Below, piece after piece: positions 8,408-20,587 of a stretch of 64,000 nucleotides of DNA; the first letter of the stretch is position 1, and every line of letters begins with the position of its first letter. The notes beneath the pieces were generated by a model. That model had not been told where the DNA came from, did no database searches, and was given only the letters and a program-made list of their open reading frames with translations. Made by a program: the position numbers and the translations under genes. Origin of the DNA: Sphingomonas sp. RT2P30 (lineage in GTDB: Bacteria; Pseudomonadota; Alphaproteobacteria; Sphingomonadales; Sphingomonadaceae); NCBI RefSeq assembly GCF_036663795.1, contig NZ_JAXOJP010000007.1, forward strand, positions 93,882 through 157,881, read 5' to 3'.

Positions 8408-10677
8408 AGAGCGCCTGGGCGATCCTCGGCGTCGCGCGCGGCGCGGATCGCGATACGATCCGCAAGGCCTATGCGCGCAAGCTCAAACTGACCAACCCCG
8501 AGGACGATCCGGAAGGGTTCAAGCAACTGCGCGCCGCCTATGAGCAGGCGCTCGAGGCGCTGCGCTGGGCGCAGTTCGACTTCGACGACGAGGACGCCGG
8601 GCAGGAAGACGATGCGGCTGTAAGTGACGGGCCGGTCGATGATGCGCGTTGGACGGAACCGGCGCATGGGGAGGCAGCCGCGCCCGGCGGCATCCTCACC
8701 GTTGAAGAGCAGACGCGGATCGACGAACTCGCTGCCTTCAACGAGATTGCCCGGGGGCTGGCCGCGTTGCTCGAAGCACCCGAGCGCGATGACCGCGCGG
8801 TCGAGCGGCAATTCGCTGCCTTTCGCCAGGCGCCGGCACTGACCGAGATCGCCGTACGCGCATCCGCCGAGACCTGGCTTGCCGACCTGCTCGCCCGCAC
8901 CATCCCGCAAAGCGACGCGATCCTGCGTCAGGCGACCGATCTGTTCGGCTGGAACGACAGCCGGCGGCAATCCTGGTCGGTCATGCGCATCCTGGCGCGG
9001 CTCGACGAATGGCAGCTGATCGCCGCGCTCGGTCGGTCGGACCATCGGTTGCATCGTGGCTGGCTCGCCCTGCGCCGCCCGTTAAAGGGCGATCTGGCGT
9101 GGCGGCTGCGGACGCTCACGCCCGGCGTCGCAGACCAGGTGCGGGCGTTGCTCGCGCGCATCGATGGCGATGCGCCGGGGGTGGCCTATTCGCTCGACCC
9201 CGGCGCCGTGACGCGCTGGCGCGCCTGGCTTGCCGAGCCGCGCATCACTCCCGGCAAGCTGATCGCCGCGCCGATCGGGCTGGCGATCGTCTGGCTGTTC
9301 GCGCGGCTAGTTGCGCCGGGCGCGTGGCGCAATATGGCCCTGGGGCTGGGCGCGGGCGTCGCTTTGTTCCTGCCGGTGCTGCTGCTGGTCGGCGAGCGGC
9401 TGCGGCACCGGATCGTAACGCGCTCGCCATGGCGCGAACATGGCTGGATCGCCGCCTATGTTCTTGCGGCGGTGGTGGTGTTGCTGACCCCGCCGGGTAC
9501 GGTCGCGGCGATGGTCGTGGCGATGCTGGCGATGATCGCCGGGTTGTGGATCGGCTTGCAGCGCGATCCGGACGCGCCGATCGCAATGGGGCGCGGCAGG
9601 ACGATCTGGCTGACATTGCTCTACGTGGCGGGTGTCGCCGCCGTCGGTTTTCTGCGCATCGAGCCCTCATCGGCGCTGATTCTTGGCGTGGTGCTGCCGC
9701 TCTACCCGTTGATGCGGATCATCGCGTGGCAGGGGCTGACGCGCTGGCTGGGGGCGTGGCGGCCGCTGTGGCGCGATGTCGGCCTGACGCTCGCTGTCGT
9801 CGCTGCCGTGATCCTCACCGCAACCGGCGGCGCGGTGCGGACGCATTTCGGTACCGGTGTGATGGACGAACTGCTCGTTGCGGGCCTGGTCGGTGGCATC
9901 CTGATCCTGCCGCCGACATCGCTCCTGGGCGGCTTTGGCAGCGGTTGGGGCAAGCTGGTCCATTTCATCGTCGTGCGCGGGCTGACCGTGGCGCTGATCG
10001 CGACCATTTCCGGTGTGCTGTTGAACGATGATCGCGGTCGTACGGCGCTGGGCGACGACCTGTCGCCCAGTGCCACGGTCGAGCGCCGCGCAGATCGACT
10101 GCTCGGCGACATCCAGCGCAGCGAGCCGGGTTTCGCGCGAATCGCAGCCGGCAACCCGTCGCTCTTTGCGGCGATGCGCGCGACGGTGCATCGCGACGTG
10201 CGCGAACGGCGCAGCGAGAATGTCATCCGCGACCTGAATGCACAGATCGCCGAGCGCTTCGCCGTGTTGCTGCCGGCAGCGAGCGATGCCCAGCTGGCCG
10301 AGGAATTGCGCATCAGGCTGGCCGAACGCCAGGCGCTTCAGGCGCGCGACCCGGCGGCCTGCGCCGATGCGGACCGTTCGTCGCTGCCGCCGGCGCTCGC
10401 CGCGCGGCGCAAGGCGCTGGTGTTCGACGTGCTCGCCCACCCGCCCGCGACCCCGCCCGGCGGCGGTCACGCGCTGACGAGTCGTCGCCTGATCGAAGAG
10501 GCGATGCGCAAGGACGGGCTGAGCGTTCCCGAGCTCAATCGCCTGTTCGCTGACGATGCCGGCCCCGCCGCGCGCTGCCGCGCCGCGCTCGTCTATCTCG
10601 GCGCGCTCGCGGCGCACACCGACAGGGACATCGCCGCAACGCTTCGCGCCGAACGCAAGGCGGCGAAGCGGCCCTGA
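8404..10677 (+). CDS. J-domain (DnaJ-like) polytopic membrane protein, probable co-chaperone of the adjacent Hsp70
   Basis: N-terminal J domain ([45 protein letters not shown]; HPD degenerated to NPED) and about 7-8 predicted TM helices (residues ~280-530). A C-terminal soluble domain follows. GTG start overlaps the Hsp70 stop. Confidence 0.75.
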   Translation: MKSAWAILGVARGADRDTIRKAYARKLKLTNPEDDPEGFKQLRAAYEQALEALRWAQFDFDDEDAGQEDDAAVSDGPVDDARWTEPAHGEAAAPGGILTVEEQTRIDELAAFNEIARGLAALLEAPERDDRAVERQFAAFRQAPALTEIAVRASAETWLADLLARTIPQSDAILRQATDLFGWNDSRRQSWSVMRILARLDEWQLIAALGRSDHRLHRGWLALRRPLKGDLAWRLRTLTPGVADQVRALLARIDGDAPGVAYSLDPGAVTRWRAWLAEPRITPGKLIAAPIGLAIVWLFARLVAPGAWRNMALGLGAGVALFLPVLLLVGERLRHRIVTRSPWREHGWIAAYVLAAVVVLLTPPGTVAAMVVAMLAMIAGLWIGLQRDPDAPIAMGRGRTIWLTLLYVAGVAAVGFLRIEPSSALILGVVLPLYPLMRIIAWQGLTRWLGAWRPLWRDVGLTLAVVAAVILTATGGAVRTHFGTGVMDELLVAGLVGGILILPPTSLLGGFGSGWGKLVHFIVVRGLTVALIATISGVLLNDDRGRTALGDDLSPSATVERRADRLLGDIQRSEPGFARIAAGNPSLFAAMRATVHRDVRERRSENVIRDLNAQIAERFAVLLPAASDAQLAEELRIRLAERQALQARDPAACADADRSSLPPALAARRKALVFDVLAHPPATPPGGGHALTSRRLIEEAMRKDGLSVPELNRLFADDAGPAARCRAALVYLGALAAHTDRDIAATLRAERKAAKRP

Positions 10678-10708
10678 CGAACTACCCCCGCGTGGGCGAG
10701 GCGGACCC

Positions 10709-11077
10709 TCAGCGGCAGGGATAATGCGCGATGATGACCCGCGCGAAGCCATCCTTCACGCTCGCGGCGCGCTGCGCCGGGGGTAAAGCCGCGAACCATT
10801 TCAGCAGCTCGTCGGAGGTCATCTTGGTTCCTTCGGGCGCGCAGGCCAGCGGCGGCTGGCCGGCCGCCTTGCGCGCGGCCTTGTCGGCCTTCCAGGCGGT
10901 GGTCGCGTCCGCGATCTCGGCCTTGAGCACGCCGATATCGGACGACAGCATCGCCATCATCCCTTTCGCCTTGAGCGCACTGGCCTTGGCGAGGAACTGA
11001 TCGACCGTCATCGCCTGCGCCGCCAGCGGCATCATCGCCGCCGCTACTGCCGCCACCACCAATACCGAACGCCGCAT
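10709..11077 (-). CDS. Secreted hypothetical protein
   Basis: 122-aa protein from MRRSVLVVAAVAAAMMPLAAQA with a signal peptide. Ala/Lys-rich. The ORF-track start at 11344 is an upstream extension. Confidence 0.45.
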   Translation of the reverse strand: MRRSVLVVAAVAAAMMPLAAQAMTVDQFLAKASALKAKGMMAMLSSDIGVLKAEIADATTAWKADKAARKAAGQPPLACAPEGTKMTSDELLKWFAALPPAQRAASVKDGFARVIIAHYPCR

Positions 11078-11150
11078 GCAAAAAACCCTCCCGCCGTGAT
11101 CGACGAGGGGGCTAATGCCAACGGGATGTCCCGTCGATGAACGCGCGCGG

Positions 11151-13118
<1,968 letters not shown>

Positions 13119-13205
13119 CGGCTTTGCGCACCTTTCGTCACCACACAAGATAGGCGACGCAGGATTAATGGCAATGGAACGCGGCGCTATTTGGGCCGAT
13201 CGGCA

Positions 13206-14198
13206 TCACCGGCGCGGCGGTGCCGGGCGAAAATGCCAGATTCCGCGCTTGCTCGATGCCATGACCCCCGCCTGCGTCGCCGATGTGCCGCCTTCCAGCG
13301 CGTCGAGCAGCGACTCGACATTGCTCGCCGAATCGAACGCCGGGCGCGTGATCGCGGCGGCACAGCGGACCTGCTCGATCGCGCGGCGGGCGATGCGGCG
13401 GCGCAGATCGCGCGGCATGTCGGGCAAAGCGATCTCGACCGTGCCGCGTTCGGATACGCTTGCGTGGTCGCGCCAGAAACGATCGGCGAGCTCGGCCAGC
13501 GCGGCATCGGCCTCGGCGGCATGCGTCGCGGCGCGCGCGAGGTTGACCGGATCGAGCCAGGTCTGCTCGGTCAGCAGCTGGCGGACGCGGACGCGCTCGA
13601 AGCGGGTATCGCGGTTGCTCGGATCGTCGACGAACGGCACGCCGGCGGCCTCGACCAGCGCGCGCAGCGCCGCGCGGCGCCAGGCGAGCAGGGGGCGGAC
13701 CAGGGTGAGGGTACCGAGATCGCGTCGCGCGCGGATTCCCGCGAGGCCGGCTGGACCACTGCCACGGGCGAGGCGCATCAGGAAGGTCTCGGCCTGGTCG
13801 TCGGCATGATGCGCCGTGGCCAGGATCGTCGCACCGGCGTCGGTCGCCCAGCGTCTCAGCAGATCGTAGCGCAGCGCACGCGCCTCGGCCTGGATGTCGC
13901 TCGGGCCGATCGTGCGGTCGGCGGTGAGCGTGGCATGCGGAACATCGGCGTCGGCGCACCACGAAGCGACCATCGCCGCTTCCTCGGCCGCCGCGGCCCG
14001 CAGACCGTGGTCGACCGTCGCGGCGATCACCTGGCCGGGCAGGGCGGTCGCGGCGAGCGCGAGCAGCGCCATGCTGTCGGCGCCGCCCGAAACGGCCAGT
14101 GCCAGCCTCGCCTCCGGGGCGAGCGGCTGACCCAGCGCCCGGTCGAGATCGCGGCGAAACCGGGCGATCTCGTCGGCCGGGAGCGCGCGCGCGCGCAC
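13206..14198 (-). CDS. tilS: tRNA(Ile)-lysidine synthetase TilS
   Basis: PP-loop motif SGGADSMAL. Conserved position upstream of ftsH. Confidence 0.85.
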   Translation of the reverse strand: MRARALPADEIARFRRDLDRALGQPLAPEARLALAVSGGADSMALLALAATALPGQVIAATVDHGLRAAAAEEAAMVASWCADADVPHATLTADRTIGPSDIQAEARALRYDLLRRWATDAGATILATAHHADDQAETFLMRLARGSGPAGLAGIRARRDLGTLTLVRPLLAWRRAALRALVEAAGVPFVDDPSNRDTRFERVRVRQLLTEQTWLDPVNLARAATHAAEADAALAELADRFWRDHASVSERGTVEIALPDMPRDLRRRIARRAIEQVRCAAAITRPAFDSASNVESLLDALEGGTSATQAGVMASSKRGIWHFRPAPPRR

Positions 14199-14228
14199 CC
14201 GATCAACCGCGACCGGGCACCGTCCGCG

Positions 14229-15185
14229 TCATTTGCACTTCGCTCGTGCGCGGCCCTCGGTCAGGTCGGCCTTGATCTTCGCGGTCAGCTTCGGCCCATA
14301 TTTCAGCGCCTCGTCATAGACCTGGCAGATGTCCGCCGCGGGCTTGTTGAGCGCCTTCAGCGCCTCGGCGAGGTTCATCAGGCTGTCCGGCGCGCGGTCA
14401 CCGTCGGGGAACTTCTTGTAGCTCTTGTAGAAGGCCAGCGCCGCTGCGGCCGGCTTGCCGTCGTCGAGATAGGCGCGGCCGATCAGGTTCTGTGCGTAGC
14501 TGGCGCGCTTGTGCCGCGGATATTTGCTGACGATCTCCTCGAACTGCGCCTGCGCCTCGGGGTAAAGCTTCGCCTGGAAAAGCCGATAGCCGTAGAGATA
14601 GCCGTCCTCTGCCGGATCGCCGGTGGCGGGCTTCTCGATCGCCGCGATGCGCGCGCCGCGGCCCGGATCGCGCACCGCCGGCGTTGAGGGCTTGGTCGGC
14701 CCGGTCGAGGATGGCTTGGTGGGGCTCGGCGTGGCGCCGGGCTTCGGTGTCGGCCTGGCGACTGGCTCGGTCAGCCCCGTGCCGGCGGTCGCGGTCGCGC
14801 CGTCCTCCAGCGCCTTCAGCCGCGCATCGGTGATCCGCTTATAGGCGTTGAAGGCATCCTCGAGCACCTGGAGGCGGTGGGTCGTGGTCTCGACCTGGCC
14901 GGTAACGGTGGAAAGGCGCATTTCGAGCGCGTCGACGCGCGCGTTCAGGTCGGTCACGGGACTGCTCGACGGCGCGCCGGGGACGACCGTGTCGGAAACC
15001 CGCGGTGCGTTGTCGGGCAGAACATATTGCCCGCTGCCGCCCGGGAACACCTTGCGCTGGACCGCCCGCATCTCGCTTTCGAGCCGGTCGACGCGGCCTT
15101 CGATCGCGGTCTGCGCCTGTGCCGCGATCGGCATCAGGCTCAGCCCGGCGAGCAGCAATGCCCTGGTCATCACGTTACGCATCAT
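14229..15185 (-). CDS. ybgF: Tol-Pal system protein YbgF/CpoB
   Basis: Signal peptide, N-terminal coiled coil, a Pro/Thr-rich linker and C-terminal TPR repeats. Conserved ybgF-tilS-ftsH order. Confidence 0.8.
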   Translation of the reverse strand: MMRNVMTRALLLAGLSLMPIAAQAQTAIEGRVDRLESEMRAVQRKVFPGGSGQYVLPDNAPRVSDTVVPGAPSSSPVTDLNARVDALEMRLSTVTGQVETTTHRLQVLEDAFNAYKRITDARLKALEDGATATAGTGLTEPVARPTPKPGATPSPTKPSSTGPTKPSTPAVRDPGRGARIAAIEKPATGDPAEDGYLYGYRLFQAKLYPEAQAQFEEIVSKYPRHKRASYAQNLIGRAYLDDGKPAAAALAFYKSYKKFPDGDRAPDSLMNLAEALKALNKPAADICQVYDEALKYGPKLTAKIKADLTEGRARAKCK

Positions 15186-15238
15186 ACACCCCCCGGTGTC
15201 GGTTGATCGCCCGGTATAGTGTCATTGTAGCGTAACCC

Positions 15239-16213
15239 TCAAGGCGTTGGTGTCGCGGTAGCGACCGGCTTCGCCGGTGCCGGTGCAGCGGGCGCGGCGA
15301 TGTTGAGCGCTGGCACGCTGGTCGGAACGGGCTTCGGAGCCGCGGTGTGACGCGGCGTCGGGCGCGGCGTCGGTGACGTAGCGGCGCGGTCGGATGACGC
15401 GCTGGCGGCCGGCGTCGGGGTCGCGTCGGGTGAAGGAGTCGGGCGGGCTAGCAACGCGGCGGCGCTGATCGGCACGTCCTTGATTGCGACCTTGCCGCTA
15501 CCCAAAGCGGGTACCACGCTGCCATTGACCGTGACCTGCAGCTTGTCGGGCCGGCCGACATTGATCATCGGGTTCTGCGCGGTGGCGGGCACCTCGAAAT
15601 GGTCGCCCGGCTTGAGCGTGTTCTCGAACAGCGTCTTGCCCTTGGGCGAACCGTCGGCTTCGTAGACGCGCAGCCAGACTTCGTCATTGGCGGTCAGCAT
15701 GACCTGGCCGGTAACCGGCGTCGTCGGCGCTGCAGCGACGGCCTGCGACGGCGCGTCGCTCGGCACGACCAGCGGCGGCGGGCTGTTCTCCTGGCCGCGG
15801 AACAGGTTGGTGCCGAACCACAGCCCCGCGCCGATCAGCAACAGGACCGCGATGATGCCGCCGAACATGGCGACGCCGCGGCTCGGTACGCGCGACGGAT
15901 CGTTGATCTCATAGGCTTCATATTCGGTACGGCGCACCGTCGTTTCGTTGATGCCGCGCACCTCGCGCGCGATCGTCACCTCGTCGAGGCCGACCGCCCG
16001 CGCATAGGCCTTGGCGAAGCCGACGGCGTAGGTGATCGACGGCAGCTGGGCGAACTCGGAATTCTCGATCGCCTCGAGCTGGCGCAGCGGGATGCGCGTG
16101 CGGGCAGCGATCTCGGCCAGCGACAAGCCCTGCGCCTCGCGCGCCTCGCGCAGTTTCTCGCCGGCGGTCTTGGGGAACAGCGTCGCTTCTTCGCCGGCGG
16201 AAGGATCGGTCAT
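15239..16213 (-). CDS. Helix-turn-helix (XRE) domain protein, RodZ-like, with a TM segment and a Pro/Ala-rich tail
   Basis: N-terminal HTH (LREAREAQGLSLAEIAARTRIPLRQLEAIE), a single TM helix (GIIAVLLLIGAGLWF) and a DUF4115-like region with a Pro/Thr/Ala-rich C-terminus. Confidence 0.65.
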   Translation of the reverse strand: MTDPSAGEEATLFPKTAGEKLREAREAQGLSLAEIAARTRIPLRQLEAIENSEFAQLPSITYAVGFAKAYARAVGLDEVTIAREVRGINETTVRRTEYEAYEINDPSRVPSRGVAMFGGIIAVLLLIGAGLWFGTNLFRGQENSPPPLVVPSDAPSQAVAAAPTTPVTGQVMLTANDEVWLRVYEADGSPKGKTLFENTLKPGDHFEVPATAQNPMINVGRPDKLQVTVNGSVVPALGSGKVAIKDVPISAAALLARPTPSPDATPTPAASASSDRAATSPTPRPTPRHTAAPKPVPTSVPALNIAAPAAPAPAKPVATATPTP

Positions 16214-16321
16214 GTAAATCTCCGGCAGGTTGCTTGCGGCCCGTTATTCCCTGCGTCGCGCCACCGTCTCACAAAGCGCTGCCCCGGTGTCAACGGTCGC
16301 AATGCTCGCTCCGCCGCGCGA

Positions 16322-18589
16322 TCATGCCAGTTCGACACCGGTTTCGGCTGCCCAGCCCGCCAGCGCGGCGCGCATGTCGCGCGGCGGGTGGGCGAGAAGC
16401 TCCTGCATCCATGGCATCAGCGCGCCGCGATCGAGCGAGCGGACCATTGCCTTGATCGGCCCGACCGCCGCCGGGGTGATCGACAGACGGTCGATGCCCA
16501 GCCCGATCAGCGCCATTGCCTCGAGCGGACGCCCACCCATTTCGCCGCACACGCCGAGTTGCACATTGGCCGCGCGGCACGGCGCAACGACGCGGGCGAG
16601 GAAGCGCAGGATCGATGGGCTGAGCCAGTCGTACCGCTCGGCGAGCTTGGGGTTGGCACGGTCGGCGGCGAACAGGAACTGGGTCAGGTCGTTGGTGCCG
16701 ACCGATAGGAAATCGACATGCGGCAGCAGCAGGTCGAGCTGCTCGGCCAGCGCCGGCACTTCGAGCATCGCGCCATAGCGGATCTCGGCCGGCATCTTGC
16801 GGCCGCGCTCGACGAGATAGTGGCGCTGCGCCTCGAACAGCGCGCGCGCCTCGTCGAACTCCCAGGCTTCGGAGACCATCGGGAACATCACGTTGAGCGT
16901 GCGGCCCGCCGCCGCCTCGAGCAGCGCGCGGGCCTGGACCTTCATCAGACCGGCGCGATCGAGCGCGAGCCGCAAGGCGCGCCAGCCCATCGCCGGATTC
17001 TCGTCATTCTCGTCCTGCGACAGATAGGGCAGCGCCTTGTCGCCGCCGATATCGACCGTGCGGAACACCACCGGCCGATCACCCGCCGCGTCGAGCACAT
17101 CCTTGTAGAGCCGCTGCTGGCGCTCGCGCGCGGGCAGGGTGGCCGAGACGAGGAACTGGAATTCGGTGCGGAACAGCCCGATGCCGTCGGCACCCGCCAC
17201 GTCGAGCGCGGCGACGTCGTCGCGCAGCCCGGCATTGACCATCACGGTGACGCGGTGGCCGTCGCGGGTGATCGGTACGGCGCTTTTGAGCGCGGCATAG
17301 GCGGCGCGGCGCTTCTGGCGGACGGCGGCGCGCGCCTCGAACGCCTCGGCCATCGCGGCCGAGGGCCGGACGAAGACGTTGCCCTCGCCGGTATCGAGCA
17401 GCAGCAGGTCGCCCTCGGCGATCTGGCGGCGCACGCCCTTGACGCGGCCGAGCACCGGCACGCCCATGGCGCGCGCGACGATCGTGACGTGCGCGGTGAG
17501 CGAGCCTTCCTCGAGCACCACGCCCTTCAACCGCCGGCGATCATATTCGAGCAGTTCGGCCGGGCCGAGATTGCGCGCGATGAGGATCGTGTCCTGGCGC
17601 AGGCCGAGCTGTGCCGCGGTGCCCATCTGGCCCGAGACGATGCGCAGTAGACGGTTCGACAGATCCTCGAGATCGTGCATGCGGTCGGCGAGCAGCGGAT
17701 CGTCGATCTGGCGCATGCGGGTGCGGGTGCGCTGCTGGACGCGTTCGATCGCGGCTTCGGCGGTCAGCCCGGAATCGATCGCCTCGTTGATGCGCCGCGA
17801 CCAGCCCTCGTCATAGGCGAACATCTTGTACATCTCGAGCACCTCGTCGTGCTCGCCACCGACGCCGAACTCGGCCTGCTGGGCCATGCGGTCGATCTGT
17901 TCGCGCATCTTGGCGAAGGCGGCATAGAGCCGCTGGCGCTCGGCCTCGGTATCCTCGGCCACGGTATGCTCGATGGTGATGCGCGGCTGGTGATAGACGG
18001 CATAGCCGCTGCCCATGCCATCGACCAGCTTGAGCCCCGCGATGCGCATCGCGGCGGTCGATTGCGGACGCGCCGCGCTGGTGCCGCCGCCATCGGCGAG
18101 CTCGGCATTGGCGATCAGCTCGCTGAGCACCATCGCCACGGTCTGCAGCGCCTCGATCTCGACATCGCCATATTTGTACGACGCGACATGTTGCACGGCG
18201 AGCACGCCAATCACGCGCTCGCGACGGATGATCGGCACGCCGGCAAAGCTGTGGAACTTCTCCTCGCCGGTTTCAGGCTTGTAGGCGAAGTCGGGATGGC
18301 TGGTCGCCTCATCCAGATTGAGCACGTCACCATCCTTGGCGATCGTGCCGACCAGCCCCTCGCCCAGCGCGAGCTTGGTGACGTGGACCGCCTCCTGCGC
18401 CAGGCCGCGCGTGGCATAGAGTTCGAGCTCGCCGTCGCGCAGCAGGTAGATCGAGCACACCTCGCTGTGCATCGCTTCGCCGACGATCCCGACCACCGCG
18501 TTGAGCTTGGCCTGCGCCGTCGTGCGCGACGCCATCACGTCGTGCAGGCGGACGAGAATCTCGCGGGCGGAAGAGGCGGCGGACGGCAT
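16322..18589 (-). CDS. ptsP: Phosphoenolpyruvate-protein phosphotransferase PtsP (EI-Ntr) with an N-terminal GAF domain
   Basis: 755-aa protein: GAF domain plus PEP-utilising enzyme domains, including the GG*SH motif region and the TIM-barrel PEP-binding domain. Confidence 0.9.
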   Translation of the reverse strand: MPSAASSAREILVRLHDVMASRTTAQAKLNAVVGIVGEAMHSEVCSIYLLRDGELELYATRGLAQEAVHVTKLALGEGLVGTIAKDGDVLNLDEATSHPDFAYKPETGEEKFHSFAGVPIIRRERVIGVLAVQHVASYKYGDVEIEALQTVAMVLSELIANAELADGGGTSAARPQSTAAMRIAGLKLVDGMGSGYAVYHQPRITIEHTVAEDTEAERQRLYAAFAKMREQIDRMAQQAEFGVGGEHDEVLEMYKMFAYDEGWSRRINEAIDSGLTAEAAIERVQQRTRTRMRQIDDPLLADRMHDLEDLSNRLLRIVSGQMGTAAQLGLRQDTILIARNLGPAELLEYDRRRLKGVVLEEGSLTAHVTIVARAMGVPVLGRVKGVRRQIAEGDLLLLDTGEGNVFVRPSAAMAEAFEARAAVRQKRRAAYAALKSAVPITRDGHRVTVMVNAGLRDDVAALDVAGADGIGLFRTEFQFLVSATLPARERQQRLYKDVLDAAGDRPVVFRTVDIGGDKALPYLSQDENDENPAMGWRALRLALDRAGLMKVQARALLEAAAGRTLNVMFPMVSEAWEFDEARALFEAQRHYLVERGRKMPAEIRYGAMLEVPALAEQLDLLLPHVDFLSVGTNDLTQFLFAADRANPKLAERYDWLSPSILRFLARVVAPCRAANVQLGVCGEMGGRPLEAMALIGLGIDRLSITPAAVGPIKAMVRSLDRGALMPWMQELLAHPPRDMRAALAGWAAETGVELA

Positions 18590-19027
18590 GAGGCGGGGCT
18601 AACAGATGTTGCGCAGCATCGCTACGCCGTGAGGGTAGGGGGTGACAAAGAAATGCGCGTGCGGCGCGTGCCGCGCGCCGGGCGGGAGCAGTGATTGCCG
18701 GTGCGAATTCACCTGCTCCCCCCTGCTCGACCTGCAAAGCTTTTTTCCGGCAAGCTTCGCGGCCGGTGTGCCCGAATCTTTTCGACAATCAATCATGATC
18801 TTGGCCTGAAATCGGGGCCAGCCATTCTTCCAACTTAACAGGTGGGCGAGCAGGTGACCGACAGGTCGCATGCAGGGTGCGAGCAGGTCGAGCAGGCGCC
18901 TGCAACAAGCGCGGCGTGCCGGGTGTGCGGGCGAGCGGCAACGCGACGATCATACACGGGAAGGCGATGGGACATGGCGTCAGTCTGACGGCAGAGACGC
19001 CGCGATTGAATCAACGCGCCCACGCCG

Positions 19028-20050
19028 TCAGTTGAACAGCCTGTCCTGTGTAGAAGCAGGCGGGTTCAGCCCGAGATGCTTCCACCCGCCGGCATTGAGG
19101 CAACGGCCGCGTGCGGTGCGCGCGATCAGGCCGAGCTGGATGAGATAGGGCTCGATCACTTCCTCGACCGTGTCGCGCGGTTCGCTGAGCCCGGCGGCGA
19201 GCGTTTCCACGCCGACCGGGCCGCCGCGATAGATGTCCGCGATCATCGTCAGGTAACGGCGATCCATCGCATCGAGCCCGAGCCCGTCGACCTCGAGCCG
19301 GTTGAGCGCGGCATCGGCGGCGGCAGCATCGACCAGCTCATGCCCGGCGGCATGGGCGAAGTCGCGCACACGGCGCAACAACCGCCCGGCGATGCGCGGC
19401 GTGCCGCGTGCGCGGCGGGCAATCTCCTGCGCGCCGTCGGGCGAGATGGCGAGATCGAGCAGCGACGCGGCGCGCGACACGACGCGTTCGAGCTCATCGA
19501 CGGTGTAGAAATGCAGCCGCACCGGGATGCCGAAACGATCGCGCAGCGGCGTGGTCAGCAGCCCCTGGCGCGTCGTCGCGCCGATCAGCGTGAAGCGCGG
19601 CAGGTCGATCCGCACCGAGCGCGCCGACGGCCCCTCGCCGATCATCAGATCGAGCGCGCGATCCTCCATCGCCGGGTAGAGCACTTCCTCGACCGCCGGC
19701 TGGAGGCGGTGGATCTCGTCGATGAACAGCACATCGCCATCCTCGAGATTGGTCAGCAGCGCGGCGAGATCGCCCGACTTGGCGATCACCGGCCCCGAAG
19801 TGGCACGGAAGCCGACGCCCATCTCGCGCGCGACGATCTGCGCCAGCGTGGTCTTGCCGAGCCCGGGCGGGCCGAAGAACAGCACATGGTCGAGCGCATC
19901 GCCGCGCGCCTTGGCCGCCGCGATGAACACGCGCAGATTCTCGCGCGCCGCCTTCTGCCCGACGAAATCGTCGAGGCTCTTGGGGCGCAGCGCGGCATCG
20001 ACATCTTCGCTGCGGCGTGCGGGGGTGATGAGGCGGTCGGTGTCGGTCAT
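19028..20050 (-). CDS. ruvB: Holliday junction branch migration helicase RuvB
   Basis: AAA+ motifs ([22 protein letters not shown]) and the RuvB winged-helix C-terminus. Confidence 0.95.
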   Translation of the reverse strand: MTDTDRLITPARRSEDVDAALRPKSLDDFVGQKAARENLRVFIAAAKARGDALDHVLFFGPPGLGKTTLAQIVAREMGVGFRATSGPVIAKSGDLAALLTNLEDGDVLFIDEIHRLQPAVEEVLYPAMEDRALDLMIGEGPSARSVRIDLPRFTLIGATTRQGLLTTPLRDRFGIPVRLHFYTVDELERVVSRAASLLDLAISPDGAQEIARRARGTPRIAGRLLRRVRDFAHAAGHELVDAAAADAALNRLEVDGLGLDAMDRRYLTMIADIYRGGPVGVETLAAGLSEPRDTVEEVIEPYLIQLGLIARTARGRCLNAGGWKHLGLNPPASTQDRLFN

Positions 20051-20349
20051 TCGTTGCGTCCAAGCGCGCGCGGTGCATTGCGACTATGATGCAAGATGCG
20101 GATGATCAGCACGCCTTGGTCTATCGGGCGATAATATATGCGATGGGAGCGATAGGCGAAGCCACGGATGTCCTCACCGAGATCGCTCTCGGCAGCACCC
20201 GCCGACGTCAAATCCGCAAGCATCGCGAGCGCCTCGCGTAGTCCGCTAATATAGGCACTTGCAACCGTCGGTCCAAAGATCGTCTTGCTGTAAATCCTGA
20301 TATCCCGGACATCATCACGCGCCGCCGGCGCCAGGCGAAGCTTAGGCAC
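20047..20349 (-). CDS. parE: Type II toxin, RelE/ParE family
   Basis: 100-aa ParE-like protein ([21 protein letters not shown]...[22 protein letters not shown]). Its stop overlaps the ruvB start by 4 nt. Local GC ~57%. Confidence 0.8.
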   Translation of the reverse strand: MPKLRLAPAARDDVRDIRIYSKTIFGPTVASAYISGLREALAMLADLTSAGAAESDLGEDIRGFAYRSHRIYYRPIDQGVLIIRILHHSRNAPRALGRNE

Positions 20350-20587
20350 GTAACTCCGGATCCTCGGCGATCACCTCGTCGAACACTTCCAGGCCGTCGC
20401 GCTCGATCACGCCCGATGCGAGACCCTCGTCGATCATCGCGCGAATCCAGCGCCGGTCATTCTGCTCCTGATCGTGCCTGATCAAATCGCGCAGATAGTC
20501 GGCCGCGTCGGCATAGGTGCCTTCGGAAATCCGCGATTCGACCCAGCTTTGCAGCGCCGCCGGCATGGAGATGGTGAGTTGCGTCAT
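20342..20587 (-). CDS. parD: Type II antitoxin, ParD family (RHH/COG3609)
   Basis: 81-aa protein (MTQLTISMPAALQSWVESRISEGTYADAADYLRDLIR), typical of the ParD antitoxin family. Overlaps the downstream toxin by 8 nt. Confidence 0.75.
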   Translation of the reverse strand: MTQLTISMPAALQSWVESRISEGTYADAADYLRDLIRHDQEQNDRRWIRAMIDEGLASGVIERDGLEVFDEVIAEDPELRA

